64,000 nt of DNA, taken from positions 7,748 to 71,747 of the forward strand of contig CAKPCA010000003.1 of NCBI GenBank assembly GCA_934141145.1, given 5' to 3'. The position numbers and the translations under genes were made by a program. This document shows, piece by piece, positions 51,800 through 61,663 of the stretch (the stretch's first letter is position 1; every line of letters starts with the position of its first letter). The notes below the pieces were generated by a model that was given only the letters and a program-made list of their open reading frames with translations, had not been told where the DNA came from and searched no databases. The DNA is from an uncultured Bacilli bacterium (GTDB lineage Bacteria; Bacillota_I; Bacilli_A; RF39; UBA660).

Positions 51800-53875
51800 A
51801 TGAAAAATAAACCTAATAAAAACAAAAAAATGTATAAAGCAAAAGAATCAATAAATTTATCCATATTATCTAATAAAAGATTTTTAGTTATATCAATATT
51901 AGTATTAGTACTATTTTTAATAATTATGTATAAACTTGTTGATATACAAATATTAAATAAGGATAAATATACAAAAAAACTAGATAATTTAAAAGTTTCT
52001 ATTGTTTATAGTTCATCAACTCCAAGAGGTAGAATATATGATAGAAATTATAACCTTTTAGTAGATAATGTAGGTGTAAATACTATTTATTATAAAAGGG
52101 TTAAAGGTACAACAACAAAAGAGCAAATAGAACTTGCTAAAACACTTGCAAATCATATAGATGTAGATTATTCAAAATTGGATAAAATAAATTTAAAAGA
52201 ATATTATTTAGTAAATAATAAAGAAAAAGTATATAAAAAAATAACAGTAGAAGAAAAAGAAAAACTAAAAAGAAGACAAATTACGCAAAAAGATATAAAT
52301 AATTTAATGATTGAAAGAATAACAGATGAAGAATTATCTATATATACTGATATTGATAAAAAAGCAGCATATATATATTATCTAATGACTACAGGATATT
52401 ATTATGATGAAAAGATTATTAAGACACATGCTAGTGATAATGAATATGCTTATGTAGCAGAAAATATATCAAAATTAAAAGGTTTTAATGTAAAACTTGA
52501 GTGGGAAAGAAAGTATTTATATGGTGATGTTTTTAAAACTATTTTAGGAAGTGTATCTGATAATAAATCTGGTCTTCCTTTTGAACTTAAAGATAAGTAT
52601 TTAAGTGAAGGCTATTCACTAAATGACAGAGTTGGGATTAGTTATTTAGAGTATCAGTATGAATCATTATTAAAAGGAACAAAGGCAAGTTATAAACTAA
52701 ATAATGATAATACATATACATTACTAAGTGAAGGAAAAAGAGGTAATGATATAGTACTTACAATAGATATTAATATTCAAAAAGAAGTAGAACAAATATT
52801 AGAAGAAGAAATAACAAAAGCAAAAGCAAATGATGTAAACACTACGTATTATACAGGATCACATGTTATAGTAACAGAACCTAATACAGGTGAAATACTT
52901 GCTATGGCATCAAAACAAATAGTAAAAAAGAATGATGAATATAAAATATATGATAATACACCTGCGTTATTAACAAATCCAGTAACCCCAGGTTCTATAG
53001 TAAAAGGTGCATCTATGACTGTAGGATATCAAACAGGTGTAATAGATATTGGAACAACTATGAGGGATGAATGCGTAAAAATAAGAAATACACCAGCAAA
53101 ATGTTCTTGGAGTAAAAATATAGGATATGTTAATGATATTTCTGCACTTGCATATTCATCTAATAGTTATCAGTATAAAATAGCAATGAAAGTAGCAGGA
53201 GCAAATTATTATTATAATGGACCACTTGTAATAAATGAAAATGCATTTGAAATATATAGAAATACATTTAAAGAGTATGGACTTGGTATTAAAACTAATA
53301 TTGATTTACCAGTTGAATCATTTGGATTTAAAGGAACAAGTAAAAATCCAGGACATTTACTTGACTTTGCAATTGGACAATATGATACGTATACCCCAGT
53401 TCAAATAGCAAGTTATATAAATACACTTGCATCAAATGGTAATAGGTATCAGTTACATTTATTAAAAGAAGTACATGAAAGTACTAATAGTGATAGTTTA
53501 GGTGATTTAAAAGAAAAAATAGAACCTAAGGTACTTAATAAAGTAAATCTAGATGATGCACATATGAATAGAATAAAAGAAGGATTTAAAGCTGTTATGA
53601 AGTCATTAGGTTATGGAAGTATGGGAAATGTTTTATCACCGGCTGGTAAAACAGGAACCGCAGAAAGTTTTTATGATGTAGATGGTGATGGTAATATAGA
53701 TGTAGAAACAATTTCAAAAGGATTTATAGGATATGCACCTAGTGATAATCCAAAATATGCAATAACTGTACTATCTCCAAATGTAAGATATAGTAAAACA
53801 AATACATATACTTCACCTGTAAATACAAAAATAAGTGCAAGAGTATCAAATAAAGTATTTGAAATTTTAAAATAA
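51800..53875 (+). CDS. class B penicillin-binding protein (SpoVD/PBP2B-like transpeptidase)
   Basis: N-terminal TM, dimerisation domain, transpeptidase SxxK/SxN/KTG (KTGTA). Confidence 0.85.
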   Translation: MKNKPNKNKKMYKAKESINLSILSNKRFLVISILVLVLFLIIMYKLVDIQILNKDKYTKKLDNLKVSIVYSSSTPRGRIYDRNYNLLVDNVGVNTIYYKRVKGTTTKEQIELAKTLANHIDVDYSKLDKINLKEYYLVNNKEKVYKKITVEEKEKLKRRQITQKDINNLMIERITDEELSIYTDIDKKAAYIYYLMTTGYYYDEKIIKTHASDNEYAYVAENISKLKGFNVKLEWERKYLYGDVFKTILGSVSDNKSGLPFELKDKYLSEGYSLNDRVGISYLEYQYESLLKGTKASYKLNNDNTYTLLSEGKRGNDIVLTIDINIQKEVEQILEEEITKAKANDVNTTYYTGSHVIVTEPNTGEILAMASKQIVKKNDEYKIYDNTPALLTNPVTPGSIVKGASMTVGYQTGVIDIGTTMRDECVKIRNTPAKCSWSKNIGYVNDISALAYSSNSYQYKIAMKVAGANYYYNGPLVINENAFEIYRNTFKEYGLGIKTNIDLPVESFGFKGTSKNPGHLLDFAIGQYDTYTPVQIASYINTLASNGNRYQLHLLKEVHESTNSDSLGDLKEKIEPKVLNKVNLDDAHMNRIKEGFKAVMKSLGYGSMGNVLSPAGKTGTAESFYDVDGDGNIDVETISKGFIGYAPSDNPKYAITVLSPNVRYSKTNTYTSPVNTKISARVSNKVFEILK

Positions 53876-53918
53876 TGTGCTATAATTATTGATAGTTAAA
53901 AAAAGAGGAGGAAGTATT

Positions 53919-54110
53919 ATGGGAAAATCAAAGAAAAAAGAAGCAAGAAGTTATGTTGCTTTAGAATGTACAGAATGCAAAAGTAAATTAGGTGTTTCAA
54001 AAGAAAATTATTTCGTTGAAAAAAATAAAACTAATACACCTGATAGACTTGAAATAAGTAAATATTGTCCAACATGCCAAAAGCATACAGTTCATAAAGA
54101 AAAGAAATAA
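53919..54110 (+). CDS. rpmG: 50S ribosomal protein L33 (zinc-ribbon type)
   Basis: CTECKS...[12 protein letters not shown]; AGGAGG RBS. Confidence 0.8.
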   Translation: MGKSKKKEARSYVALECTECKSKLGVSKENYFVEKNKTNTPDRLEISKYCPTCQKHTVHKEKK

Positions 54111-54139
54111 TATAAATTATTTTTTAAGGAGAATAAAAA

Positions 54140-55042
54140 TTGAATAAAATAGTTGTGGTTGGAATAGGTAATGTGGGACTTGCATATTCATATGCGATTA
54201 TTAATAGTGAACTTAATATTGATGAACTTATATTAATTGATATAAATGAGAAAAGGGCATTAGGTAATGCTATGGATTTATCTCATGCATCAGTTTTTTC
54301 TAAGTCTAAAATCAAGGTAAAAAAAGGAGATTATTCTGATTGTAAAGATGCCAAGATTGTAGTTATTTGCGCAGGTTATAATCAAAAAGATAATGAGACT
54401 AGACTAGATCTTATAAATAAAAATTGTAAGATTATGAAAGAAATAGTGTTGAATACAGTTAGTAATGGATTTAATGGTATTTTTTTAGTTGCAACTAACC
54501 CTGTAGATATAATGACTTATGTTACTAGAAAATATTCTAATTTTAGCTCAAGTAAAGTAATCGGAAGTGGTACAGTACTTGATACAGCTAGATTAAGATA
54601 TTTACTTTCAGAAAAACTTCAAATAAATCCCAATAATATACATGCTTATGTTATTGGTGAACATGGTGATAGTGAATTTGTAATATGGTCTAAAGCAGAA
54701 GCAGGAGTAGTACCTATTAATAAAATTTTACCTAGTAATGATTTAGAAGTAATAGAACATGAAACTAAAGTTTTAGCATATAGAATTATTGATTGCAAAG
54801 GTGAAACAAGTTATGGAATAGGATCATCTCTTGCAAGAATTACAAGGGCAATTCTTAATAATGAAGAAATTGTATTAACAGTATCCGCACCAGTAGATGA
54901 TATATATATTGGTATGCCTGCTGTTATTAATAAAAATGGTGTAAAAGGTGTTATGAAAATATCACTTTCTAAAGAAGAAAAAGAAAAATTAGAAAATTCT
55001 AAAAACATAATAAAAAATGCAATGAATAATATGGAGGTATAA
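54140..55042 (+). CDS. ldh: L-lactate/malate dehydrogenase family
   Basis: VVGIGNVG Rossmann motif; catalytic GEHGDS; TTG start. Confidence 0.8.
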   Translation: MNKIVVVGIGNVGLAYSYAIINSELNIDELILIDINEKRALGNAMDLSHASVFSKSKIKVKKGDYSDCKDAKIVVICAGYNQKDNETRLDLINKNCKIMKEIVLNTVSNGFNGIFLVATNPVDIMTYVTRKYSNFSSSKVIGSGTVLDTARLRYLLSEKLQINPNNIHAYVIGEHGDSEFVIWSKAEAGVVPINKILPSNDLEVIEHETKVLAYRIIDCKGETSYGIGSSLARITRAILNNEEIVLTVSAPVDDIYIGMPAVINKNGVKGVMKISLSKEEKEKLENSKNIIKNAMNNMEV

Positions 55043-55046
55043 AATT

Positions 55047-55607
55047 ATGATGATAGATATTAATGATATCAAAAATGGTATGACTGTTATAATTGATGGT
55101 ACTCTTTATCAAATAGTTGAATTTTTACATGTTAAACCTGGTAAGGGTGCAGCATTTATGAAAATTAAACTTAAAAACTTAAAGGCTAACACAACTTTAG
55201 AAAAAACATTCAATACCAATATCAAAATTCAAAAAGCTAATATTACTAAAATGCCTATGCAATATTTGTATACTACTGGTGATACATATAATTTTATGAA
55301 TATGGAAACATATGAACAAGTTGAATTACCAAAAGAACAAATTAAAGATGAAATAAAATATTTAAAAGAAAATTTAGAAGTAGAATTAGTATATTTTGAA
55401 ACAGAATTAATTGGATTAAATTTACCAGAAAAAATAGATTATAAGGTAGTATTCGCACCAGATGCAGTTAAAGGAAATACTTCAAGTGGAGCACAAAAAG
55501 ACGCTGAACTTGAAAATGGATTGACTATTAAAGTTCCATTATTTATAAATACTGGTGATGAAATAATAGTATCTACAAAAGACGGAAAGTATGTATCAAG
55601 AAAATAA
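55047..55607 (+). CDS. efp: elongation factor P
   Basis: KPGKGAAF motif (Lys for modification). Confidence 0.9.
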   Translation: MMIDINDIKNGMTVIIDGTLYQIVEFLHVKPGKGAAFMKIKLKNLKANTTLEKTFNTNIKIQKANITKMPMQYLYTTGDTYNFMNMETYEQVELPKEQIKDEIKYLKENLEVELVYFETELIGLNLPEKIDYKVVFAPDAVKGNTSSGAQKDAELENGLTIKVPLFINTGDEIIVSTKDGKYVSRK

Positions 55608-55622
55608 TACTTTCTTTTTTTT
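55585..55622 (+). terminator. terminator after efp
   Basis: gaaagtat/atactttc stem plus T8. Confidence 0.5.
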
Positions 55623-55677
55623 GTAATAAAAATTTAATTTTCTAATATACTTTAGTAGTAAGTATGGAGGGAAAATA

Positions 55678-56172
55678 ATGATAAATAAACAAAGCATTTG
55701 GCTACTCACTTTATTTAGTTTAATTTTAGTATTAAGTGTATATTATATTACAATGCCATCAGATTTTTTAGAAGCAGCAAATAGTGAAACAAAAAAGAAT
55801 ACAGTAAAAGTAACAGTAACAGAACAAAACGAAACAATAAGTGCACTTAAAGTAGAAAATAATGAAGAAAGAAATAAGAAAATAACAGAACTTCAAACAA
55901 TACTAACAAGTGATAAAGCAACTAGTGAAGAAAAAAACAATGCATATGAAGAATTAAAAGTACTAAATATAATGAAAGGAAAAGAAGAAGAAATAAGTAC
56001 AAAAATAAAAGATGAATATAAAGTAGAGAATTTTGTAAAAATAAAAGATGATCAGGTTAGAGTAGTAGTAATAAAAGATAAACATGATTCTCTTCTTGCA
56101 AATAACATTATGAACTTAGTACAAAAGAATTTTGATTCTAAAATGTATATATCAGTTAAATTTCAAAAATAA
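55678..56172 (+). CDS. membrane-anchored sporulation-type protein (SpoIIIAH-like?)
   Basis: N-terminal TM plus a K/E-rich domain; position after efp where Bacillus carries spoIIIA; homology unverified. Confidence 0.3.
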   Translation: MINKQSIWLLTLFSLILVLSVYYITMPSDFLEAANSETKKNTVKVTVTEQNETISALKVENNEERNKKITELQTILTSDKATSEEKNNAYEELKVLNIMKGKEEEISTKIKDEYKVENFVKIKDDQVRVVVIKDKHDSLLANNIMNLVQKNFDSKMYISVKFQK

Positions 56173-56212
56173 CTTAATAGTTATTTTTTTTATCGCAAAT
56201 TTTAAGTTTTAT

Positions 56213-56220
56213 CATACAAT
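56213..56220 (+). promoter_or_regulatory. mother-cell-type (sigma-E/sigma-K) -10 element CATACAAT upstream of gerE
   Basis: matches CATACA-T / CATA---TA consensus. Confidence 0.35.
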
Positions 56221-56269
56221 AATATGAGTAATTATATATACACCTCTTACTAAGAAAGTGAGGATTAAT

Positions 56270-56476
56270 ATGAGTAAAGGAATATTAACTAAAAGAGAAA
56301 GAGAAGTATTCGAGTTATTAATTAAGAACCAATCTACAAGAGATATAGCAGAAAAACTTAAAATTAGTGAAAAGACTGTGAGAAATCATATATCTAATGT
56401 AATGCAAAAACTTGGCGTTAAAGGTAGAAGTGGTGCTGTAGTAGAATTACTAAAATTAAATGAGATATCTTTATAA
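56270..56476 (+). CDS. gerE: LuxR-type HTH sporulation regulator GerE
   Basis: 68 aa; LTKREREVFELL...STRDIAEKL.ISEKTVRNHISN. Confidence 0.8.
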   Translation: MSKGILTKREREVFELLIKNQSTRDIAEKLKISEKTVRNHISNVMQKLGVKGRSGAVVELLKLNEISL

Positions 56477-56497
56477 AGAGTCTCATTTTTTTTATAA
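56459..56497 (+). terminator. terminator overlapping the gerE stop
   Basis: aatgaga/tctcatt hairpin plus T7. Confidence 0.5.
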
Positions 56498-56527
56498 TTG
56501 TACATATAATTTTGTAGGTGATAATAA

Positions 56528-57454
56528 ATGATAAAGGATTTTTCTGTAAAAAAAATACTAAAATATTCAGCACTACTATTAATTGTCTTTTTATTTTATT
56601 TATTTCCAGAAAAACAAGTAGTACAAAAAAATGAGAGTATATTTAATGAGCAAAATATAAAATATCATGATATATTTTTGATGGATAAAAATGGATATAT
56701 TTCTAAAACAAATATATCTATTAATTCTGTTAAAACTATAAATTTAGTAGAAGAACTAGTAGAAGCTATGGTTATTGATGGTAAATATTCAAGTAAAGTA
56801 CCAAATGGTTTTACTGCAATAATTCCTACAGATACAAAATTAAACTCAAAAAAAATAGAGGAAGATACTGTAGTACTTGATTTTAATTCCAATTTATTAG
56901 ATGTAAAAAGTGAGTATGAAGAAAAAATAATAGAAAGTATTGTATATACTATGACTAGCATAAATAACATCAAAAATGTTAAAATATTAATTGATAATAA
57001 GCCGCTTACAAAACTTCCTAAAACAGGTAAATATATAAATGAAACATTAGATAGGAATTTTGGAATAAATAAAGAATATGATATATCTAATTTGGATGAT
57101 ATTACCAAGGTAACAATATATTATGTAAATAAAAATAATGTAAATCAGACATATTATGTACCTGTTACTAAATATGTAAATACAAATCAAGAAAAGATAA
57201 AAATAATTATTGATGAATTATCAAGCAAAATATCATATGAAAGTAATTTAATGAGTTATTTAAATTATAATGCAAAACTATTAGACTATAGTTTTGATGA
57301 AGATGAAGTAGATCTAAATTTTAATGAATATTTATTTGATAATAAAGAACAGTCAAAAGTATTAGAAGAAGTAATATATAGTATTTCTTATTCAGTTATG
57401 GATAGTTATGGAGTATCAAAAATTAACTTTTTTGTAAATAATAAACAAATTTAG
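56528..57454 (+). CDS. gerM: GerM-like protein (two GerMN domains)
   Basis: N-terminal TM; repeated GerMN-like segments. Confidence 0.55.
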   Translation: MIKDFSVKKILKYSALLLIVFLFYLFPEKQVVQKNESIFNEQNIKYHDIFLMDKNGYISKTNISINSVKTINLVEELVEAMVIDGKYSSKVPNGFTAIIPTDTKLNSKKIEEDTVVLDFNSNLLDVKSEYEEKIIESIVYTMTSINNIKNVKILIDNKPLTKLPKTGKYINETLDRNFGINKEYDISNLDDITKVTIYYVNKNNVNQTYYVPVTKYVNTNQEKIKIIIDELSSKISYESNLMSYLNYNAKLLDYSFDEDEVDLNFNEYLFDNKEQSKVLEEVIYSISYSVMDSYGVSKINFFVNNKQI

Positions 57455-57463
57455 CAAAAGATA

Positions 57464-57492
57464 TTGATAATTTTTAAAATTTATTGTATAAT
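57464..57492 (+). promoter_or_regulatory. sigma-A promoter of tRNA-Arg
   Basis: TTGATA, 17 nt, TATAAT. Confidence 0.55.
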
Positions 57493-57525
57493 CTATTTGT
57501 CTTTGAAAAAGGACAGAACTTGAGT

Positions 57526-57602
57526 GCCTCAGTAGCTCAGTTGGATAGAGCAACGCCCTTCTAAGGCGGCGGTCAGGGGTTCGAATCCCTTCTGGGGCAC
57601 CA
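57526..57602 (+). tRNA. tRNA-Arg (anticodon TCT)
   Basis: cloverleaf by eye: acceptor GCCTCAG/CTGGGGC; D-arm TAGCTCAGTTGGATAGAGCA; anticodon stem ACGCC/GGCGG with loop CTTCTAA; T-arm GGGGTTCGAATCCCC; CCA encoded. Confidence 0.85.
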
Positions 57603-57671
57603 GTATTTTGAAGATTAAGTTCATAAATCTGAACTTTGATAAAAGAACCATTTGAAAAGGTTCTTTTTTTT
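57593..57671 (+). repeat. direct repeat copy 1 (tRNA 3' end plus terminator), attL-like
   Basis: about 78 bp, identical to 58376-58455 except one substitution and T-run length. Confidence 0.85.
57641..57671 (+). terminator. tRNA terminator
   Basis: aagaacc/ggttctt hairpin plus T8. Confidence 0.7.
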
Positions 57672-57756
57672 ATTTTATATTGTATTTAAAGAAATTTGTA
57701 GGTAATGTATTAATATTGTGATATACAAAATCATGTTATAAAATTGCATAAGAATA

Positions 57757-57765
57757 TGATATAAT
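57757..57765 (+). promoter_or_regulatory. extended -10 (TGATATAAT) for the cargo gene
   Basis: TGnTATAAT about 20 nt upstream of the AAGGAG RBS. Confidence 0.4.
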
Positions 57766-57786
57766 CATAAAAAGGAGAAATTTGAA

Positions 57787-58401
57787 ATGGCAAATATTGT
57801 TAATCCAGCAAAAGAAAAAAATCAAGAATTTAGAGAAAGTGGTACTTGTTTAGATTTAGAAACAAAAGCACTAAAAAAAGCTTTACAGGATAAAGATCTT
57901 ATGGAAAAAACTACTTCTTTGATGAAAAAAATGTACTATGGAAAATCTGTTAATATAAATCCACTACCAGAATTACCTGCACCCGAAATGAGATTATGGT
58001 CTATTGATGGTAATTATTTTGAATCTCTTGATAAAGCGTTAAGATATTGCATAACGAATAAAATATCTGCAAAAAAACTAAATGTTATAGATTATTATAG
58101 AAATCTTGCAGGACGTTTTGATGTAATAAGAAAATCTAACAATAAAACATCAATACTGTATACTGCGGTAGATAGAGATGGATATGGATTGTATAATAAT
58201 GAAATTAGTATATATCGTGGAGAGTTTGTATGGGAATATAATTATGGTAGTATAAGAGAATTATATAAACCATTTAAAGAAAGAGGAGTTAATTTTGAAA
58301 ACGATGTTTACGGCAAAATAGACGAAGATGATCGACAGATTCTAAAATATTATATAGAAAATAATTTATTTAATATGGGGCACCAGTATATTGAAGATTA
58401 A
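57787..58401 (+). CDS. hypothetical cytoplasmic protein (204 aa), cargo between the direct repeats
   Basis: strong RBS AAAGGAG; last nine codons (MGHQYIED) lie inside repeat copy 2, i.e. sequence homologous to the tRNA 3' end. Confidence 0.6.
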   Translation: MANIVNPAKEKNQEFRESGTCLDLETKALKKALQDKDLMEKTTSLMKKMYYGKSVNINPLPELPAPEMRLWSIDGNYFESLDKALRYCITNKISAKKLNVIDYYRNLAGRFDVIRKSNNKTSILYTAVDRDGYGLYNNEISIYRGEFVWEYNYGSIRELYKPFKERGVNFENDVYGKIDEDDRQILKYYIENNLFNMGHQYIED

Positions 58402-58455
58402 GTTCATAAATCTGAACTTTGATAAAAGAACCATTTGAAAAGGTTCTTTTTTTTT
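58376..58455 (+). repeat. direct repeat copy 2 (attR-like), including a second terminator hairpin
   Basis: see copy 1. Confidence 0.85.
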
Positions 58456-58476
58456 ATATTAAAAATATTATATAGT

Positions 58477-58854
58477 ATGGAAGAAAAATTAGAAAAGTTG
58501 CATGATATAAAGGTTGAAAATTTTGTATGGATTATTTATATAATAATAATAGGACTTAGTTATTACGCTAATAGTAAAGAGGTAAAATATTTACTGAATG
58601 ACGATGAAAAAAGTAAGAAAGATTATCAAAATTTAATGATATTAATATTTAGTATATTACTTGTAATATATGCTTACTTTACTGAAAATAGTTATGACGA
58701 TGTAAAAAATTTAAAACCATATGATAGTAATAAGAAGAAAATTTTAATACATGCTTCTTTTTATGGATCCCTACTAATTTTAATTAGTGGTATTATTTTC
58801 TTATGTATTGCAATTGTTGATGATGAAATTGATACTGAAATAGCATTTAATTAA
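58477..58854 (+). CDS. hypothetical membrane protein (three TM helices)
   Basis: ATG 58477 chosen because the ORF-track start lies inside the repeat/terminator. Confidence 0.4.
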   Translation: MEEKLEKLHDIKVENFVWIIYIIIIGLSYYANSKEVKYLLNDDEKSKKDYQNLMILIFSILLVIYAYFTENSYDDVKNLKPYDSNKKKILIHASFYGSLLILISGIIFLCIAIVDDEIDTEIAFN

Positions 58855-58905
58855 AAAAGATTTTAATATTTTATACTATGTAGTATAATTAAAAAGGTGA
58901 TGTGA

Positions 58906-59841
58906 ATGAAAAAAGTAACTGTTTTTGGTGGTGGGACTGGTATGTCTACATTACTAAAGGGATTAAAAGAGTTCCCACTTGAAATAACAAGTGTTGTATC
59001 TGTATGTGATGATGGTAAAAGTACTGGTAAACTAAGAAAAGAATTTAATGTACCAGCAATGGGAGATATTAGAAGAGTAATGATATCACTTGCAGAAACT
59101 GAACCATTAATGGAAAAATTATTAAATTATAGATTTGATGCACATAGTGAATTAAATGATCATACAGTTGGTAATTTATTATTAGTTGCATCTGCGAATA
59201 TGACTGGTAATTTGTCAGATGGTATAACTGCAATTAGTAAAGTATTAAATTTAAAAGGGAAAGTAGTACCTTTTTCAGAAGATAATGTAACGCTTATTGG
59301 GAAAATGAGTGACGGAAGTATTGTTGAAGGTGAACATTATATTACAGAATCTCCTAAGCAAATAGATAGTGTTTTTTATAAAGATAAAGTAAAAGTATGT
59401 GATGAAGTTATAGAGTCAATAAGAAATTCAGATTTGATTATTTTAAGTATGGGAAGTTTATTTACAAGTATTATTCCTAATTTACTTAGTTTAGATGTAA
59501 TTAAAGAATTAGATGATTCAAAAGCTAAAATAATGTATGTTTGTAATTTAGTAACACAACCTGGTGAAACAGATGATTTTAAAGTAAGTGATCATGTTAA
59601 TATATTAAATAGCTATTTAGGTAATCATAAAATAGATATAGTAGTTGCTAATACAGGAGTAATTGATAAAGACATAGCAGAAAAATATGCTACTTTAGAA
59701 CAAAAAGACCCAGTTGATTTTGATAAAGAAAATATTAAATGTGAGACTATATTAAATAGTTATGCAACAATAGATGATGGGGTAATAAGACATAATGTAG
59801 AAAAATTATCATTAGATATATATTCATATTTAATAAATTAG
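58906..59841 (+). CDS. yvcK: gluconeogenesis factor / UPF0052 (YvcK, CofD-like)
   Basis: VTVFGGGTG; VSVCDDGKSTGKLR. Confidence 0.85.
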   Translation: MKKVTVFGGGTGMSTLLKGLKEFPLEITSVVSVCDDGKSTGKLRKEFNVPAMGDIRRVMISLAETEPLMEKLLNYRFDAHSELNDHTVGNLLLVASANMTGNLSDGITAISKVLNLKGKVVPFSEDNVTLIGKMSDGSIVEGEHYITESPKQIDSVFYKDKVKVCDEVIESIRNSDLIILSMGSLFTSIIPNLLSLDVIKELDDSKAKIMYVCNLVTQPGETDDFKVSDHVNILNSYLGNHKIDIVVANTGVIDKDIAEKYATLEQKDPVDFDKENIKCETILNSYATIDDGVIRHNVEKLSLDIYSYLIN

Positions 59842-59842
59842 T

Positions 59843-60199
59843 ATGAAAAATTATGATGAAGTATTAGATAGTTTATCTAAATCTAAATTTAGAAGTAGTT
59901 TTAAATTAAAAAGTAAAGATATAGAATATATAAATGATAAAGGAATTGAAAAAATTAAATCTCATGCATATGATTTTATAAATAAAAGATTAAAACCTAA
60001 AGTTATTTTAAATGATGGAAAACAAACTCCAATGAGAGGTCATCCTGTTTTTATAGCACAACATGCAACTGCAACTTGTTGTAGAAGTTGTCTTTATAAA
60101 TGGCATAAGATAGAAATGAATAAAGAATTAAATGCAAAAGAAATAGATTATATTGTTAATTTGATAATGATGTGGATAGAAAAAAATGATAAGTATTAA
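59843..60199 (+). CDS. DUF4186 protein
   Basis: RGHPVFIAQHATATCCRSCLYKWH motif. Confidence 0.6.
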   Translation: MKNYDEVLDSLSKSKFRSSFKLKSKDIEYINDKGIEKIKSHAYDFINKRLKPKVILNDGKQTPMRGHPVFIAQHATATCCRSCLYKWHKIEMNKELNAKEIDYIVNLIMMWIEKNDKY

Positions 60200-60798
60200 C
60201 TATTTAGTAGTGTACTTATCATTTTTATTACTTCTTTTTTCATAATATCATAATTAATAGTTTTGTGTTTATGATATACAACTTCATGACAATAATTTTC
60301 AACAATACCTATAATAATATGTACTTTTTCAGTTAAATTTTTAGAATGTATATTATTATTTTCAAGTACTGTTACAATTTTATTTGTAGTATCTATTTCT
60401 TGATTATGAAAAATTTCTGCTATTTCATCATCTAAATGAGATAAAGCAATCATTTCTTCATGTGCTTTTTTAGTCATAGTATGTTTTTTTATAAATATCT
60501 CAAGCATTTTATCAAGCAATTTATCTAAGTTATCAAATTTTATATCATTTACATTTAATACATCTAAAATAGGGAACATAATACTGCTAGAGTAATCCTT
60601 GATTCCTTCTATAAATATTTCTTTTTTATCATTAAAGTATTGATAAATAATACCAGTTGAAACACTCGCATATTTTGCAATATCATTAGTATTAGTATTA
60701 AAGTATCCATTTTCACACATTAGTTCAAACCCTTTTTTTATTATTTTATCTCTTTTTTCTATAGATCTTTTTTGTGTAGGAATTCTAATTTCTGACAT
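60196..60798 (-). CDS. TetR-family transcriptional regulator
   Basis: N-terminal HTH (RDKIIKKGFELMCENGYFNTNTNDIAKYASVSTGIIYQYF). Confidence 0.8.
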   Translation of the reverse strand: MSEIRIPTQKRSIEKRDKIIKKGFELMCENGYFNTNTNDIAKYASVSTGIIYQYFNDKKEIFIEGIKDYSSSIMFPILDVLNVNDIKFDNLDKLLDKMLEIFIKKHTMTKKAHEEMIALSHLDDEIAEIFHNQEIDTTNKIVTVLENNNIHSKNLTEKVHIIIGIVENYCHEVVYHKHKTINYDIMKKEVIKMISTLLNS

Positions 60799-60951
60799 AC
60801 TAACACCTCTTTCTTTGTAACATTATACAACCAAAATTGTTTTTTTACAACAAAATGTGAAAAAAATATCATATTCTATTGACTATAGAATAATATAAAT
60901 GTATAATTAACAAGAAATGTGAGAAAAATATCATATTTGTAAGGAGGAGTT

Positions 60952-61662
60952 ATGAATAATTTTATAGAATTTAAAAATGTAACAAAAGGTTACAAAATAG
61001 GTGATAAAACTTATAATGCACTTGATAATGTAAGTTTTTCATTACCAAAGGGGGAATTTGTTTGTATACTTGGCCCATCAGGAGCAGGTAAATCAACACT
61101 TTTAAATTTACTTGGAGGAATGGATACTGTAACAAGTGGTGATATAATAATAGATAAAGAAAATATATCTAAAAAAAGTGATAAAGAACTAACTAGTTAT
61201 AGGGCAGAAAATGTAGGATTTATATTCCAATTTTATAATATACTTCCAACATTAACAGTTTTAGAAAATGTTGAAATAGTAAAAGATATTGTAAAAAAAC
61301 CTAAATCAGCTAAAAAGATACTTAAAGAAGTAGGACTTGAAAATCATTTAAATAAGTTTCCTAACCAATTATCAGGAGGCGAACAACAAAGGGTATCAAT
61401 CGCAAGAGCAATTGCTAAAAATCCTAAATTACTTTTATGTGATGAACCTACTGGTGCACTTGATTCAAAAACAGGTGTAGAAGTATTAAAATTACTTAAA
61501 AAACAATGTGATGCAAATAACGGAGAAAATACAGTTATTATAGTTACACATAATGCTTTAATCGCAGAAGTTGCTGATAGAGTAATTAGACTTAAAAATG
61601 GCCAAATAGAAAGTAATACAGTAAATAAACATCCTAAAAACATTGATGAGGTAGAGTGGTAA
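60952..61662 (+). CDS. ABC transporter ATP-binding protein (MacB/FtsE-like)
   Basis: Walker [10 protein letters not shown]; LSGGEQQR; Walker [13 protein letters not shown]. Confidence 0.9.
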   Translation: MNNFIEFKNVTKGYKIGDKTYNALDNVSFSLPKGEFVCILGPSGAGKSTLLNLLGGMDTVTSGDIIIDKENISKKSDKELTSYRAENVGFIFQFYNILPTLTVLENVEIVKDIVKKPKSAKKILKEVGLENHLNKFPNQLSGGEQQRVSIARAIAKNPKLLLCDEPTGALDSKTGVEVLKLLKKQCDANNGENTVIIVTHNALIAEVADRVIRLKNGQIESNTVNKHPKNIDEVEW

Positions 61663-61663
61663 T

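Larger units (their letters stand above)
57593..58455 (+). mobile_element. putative miniature tRNA-targeted insertion (or remnant) bounded by 78-bp direct repeats; no integrase
   Basis: duplicated tRNA 3' end plus terminator flanks a single cargo gene. Confidence 0.3.

Noticed and set aside
56241-56262. Hairpin cctcttactaagaaagtgagg overlapping the gerE RBS as a riboregulator
   Set aside because: The stem is only 4 bp and AT-flanked, and is most likely fortuitous.
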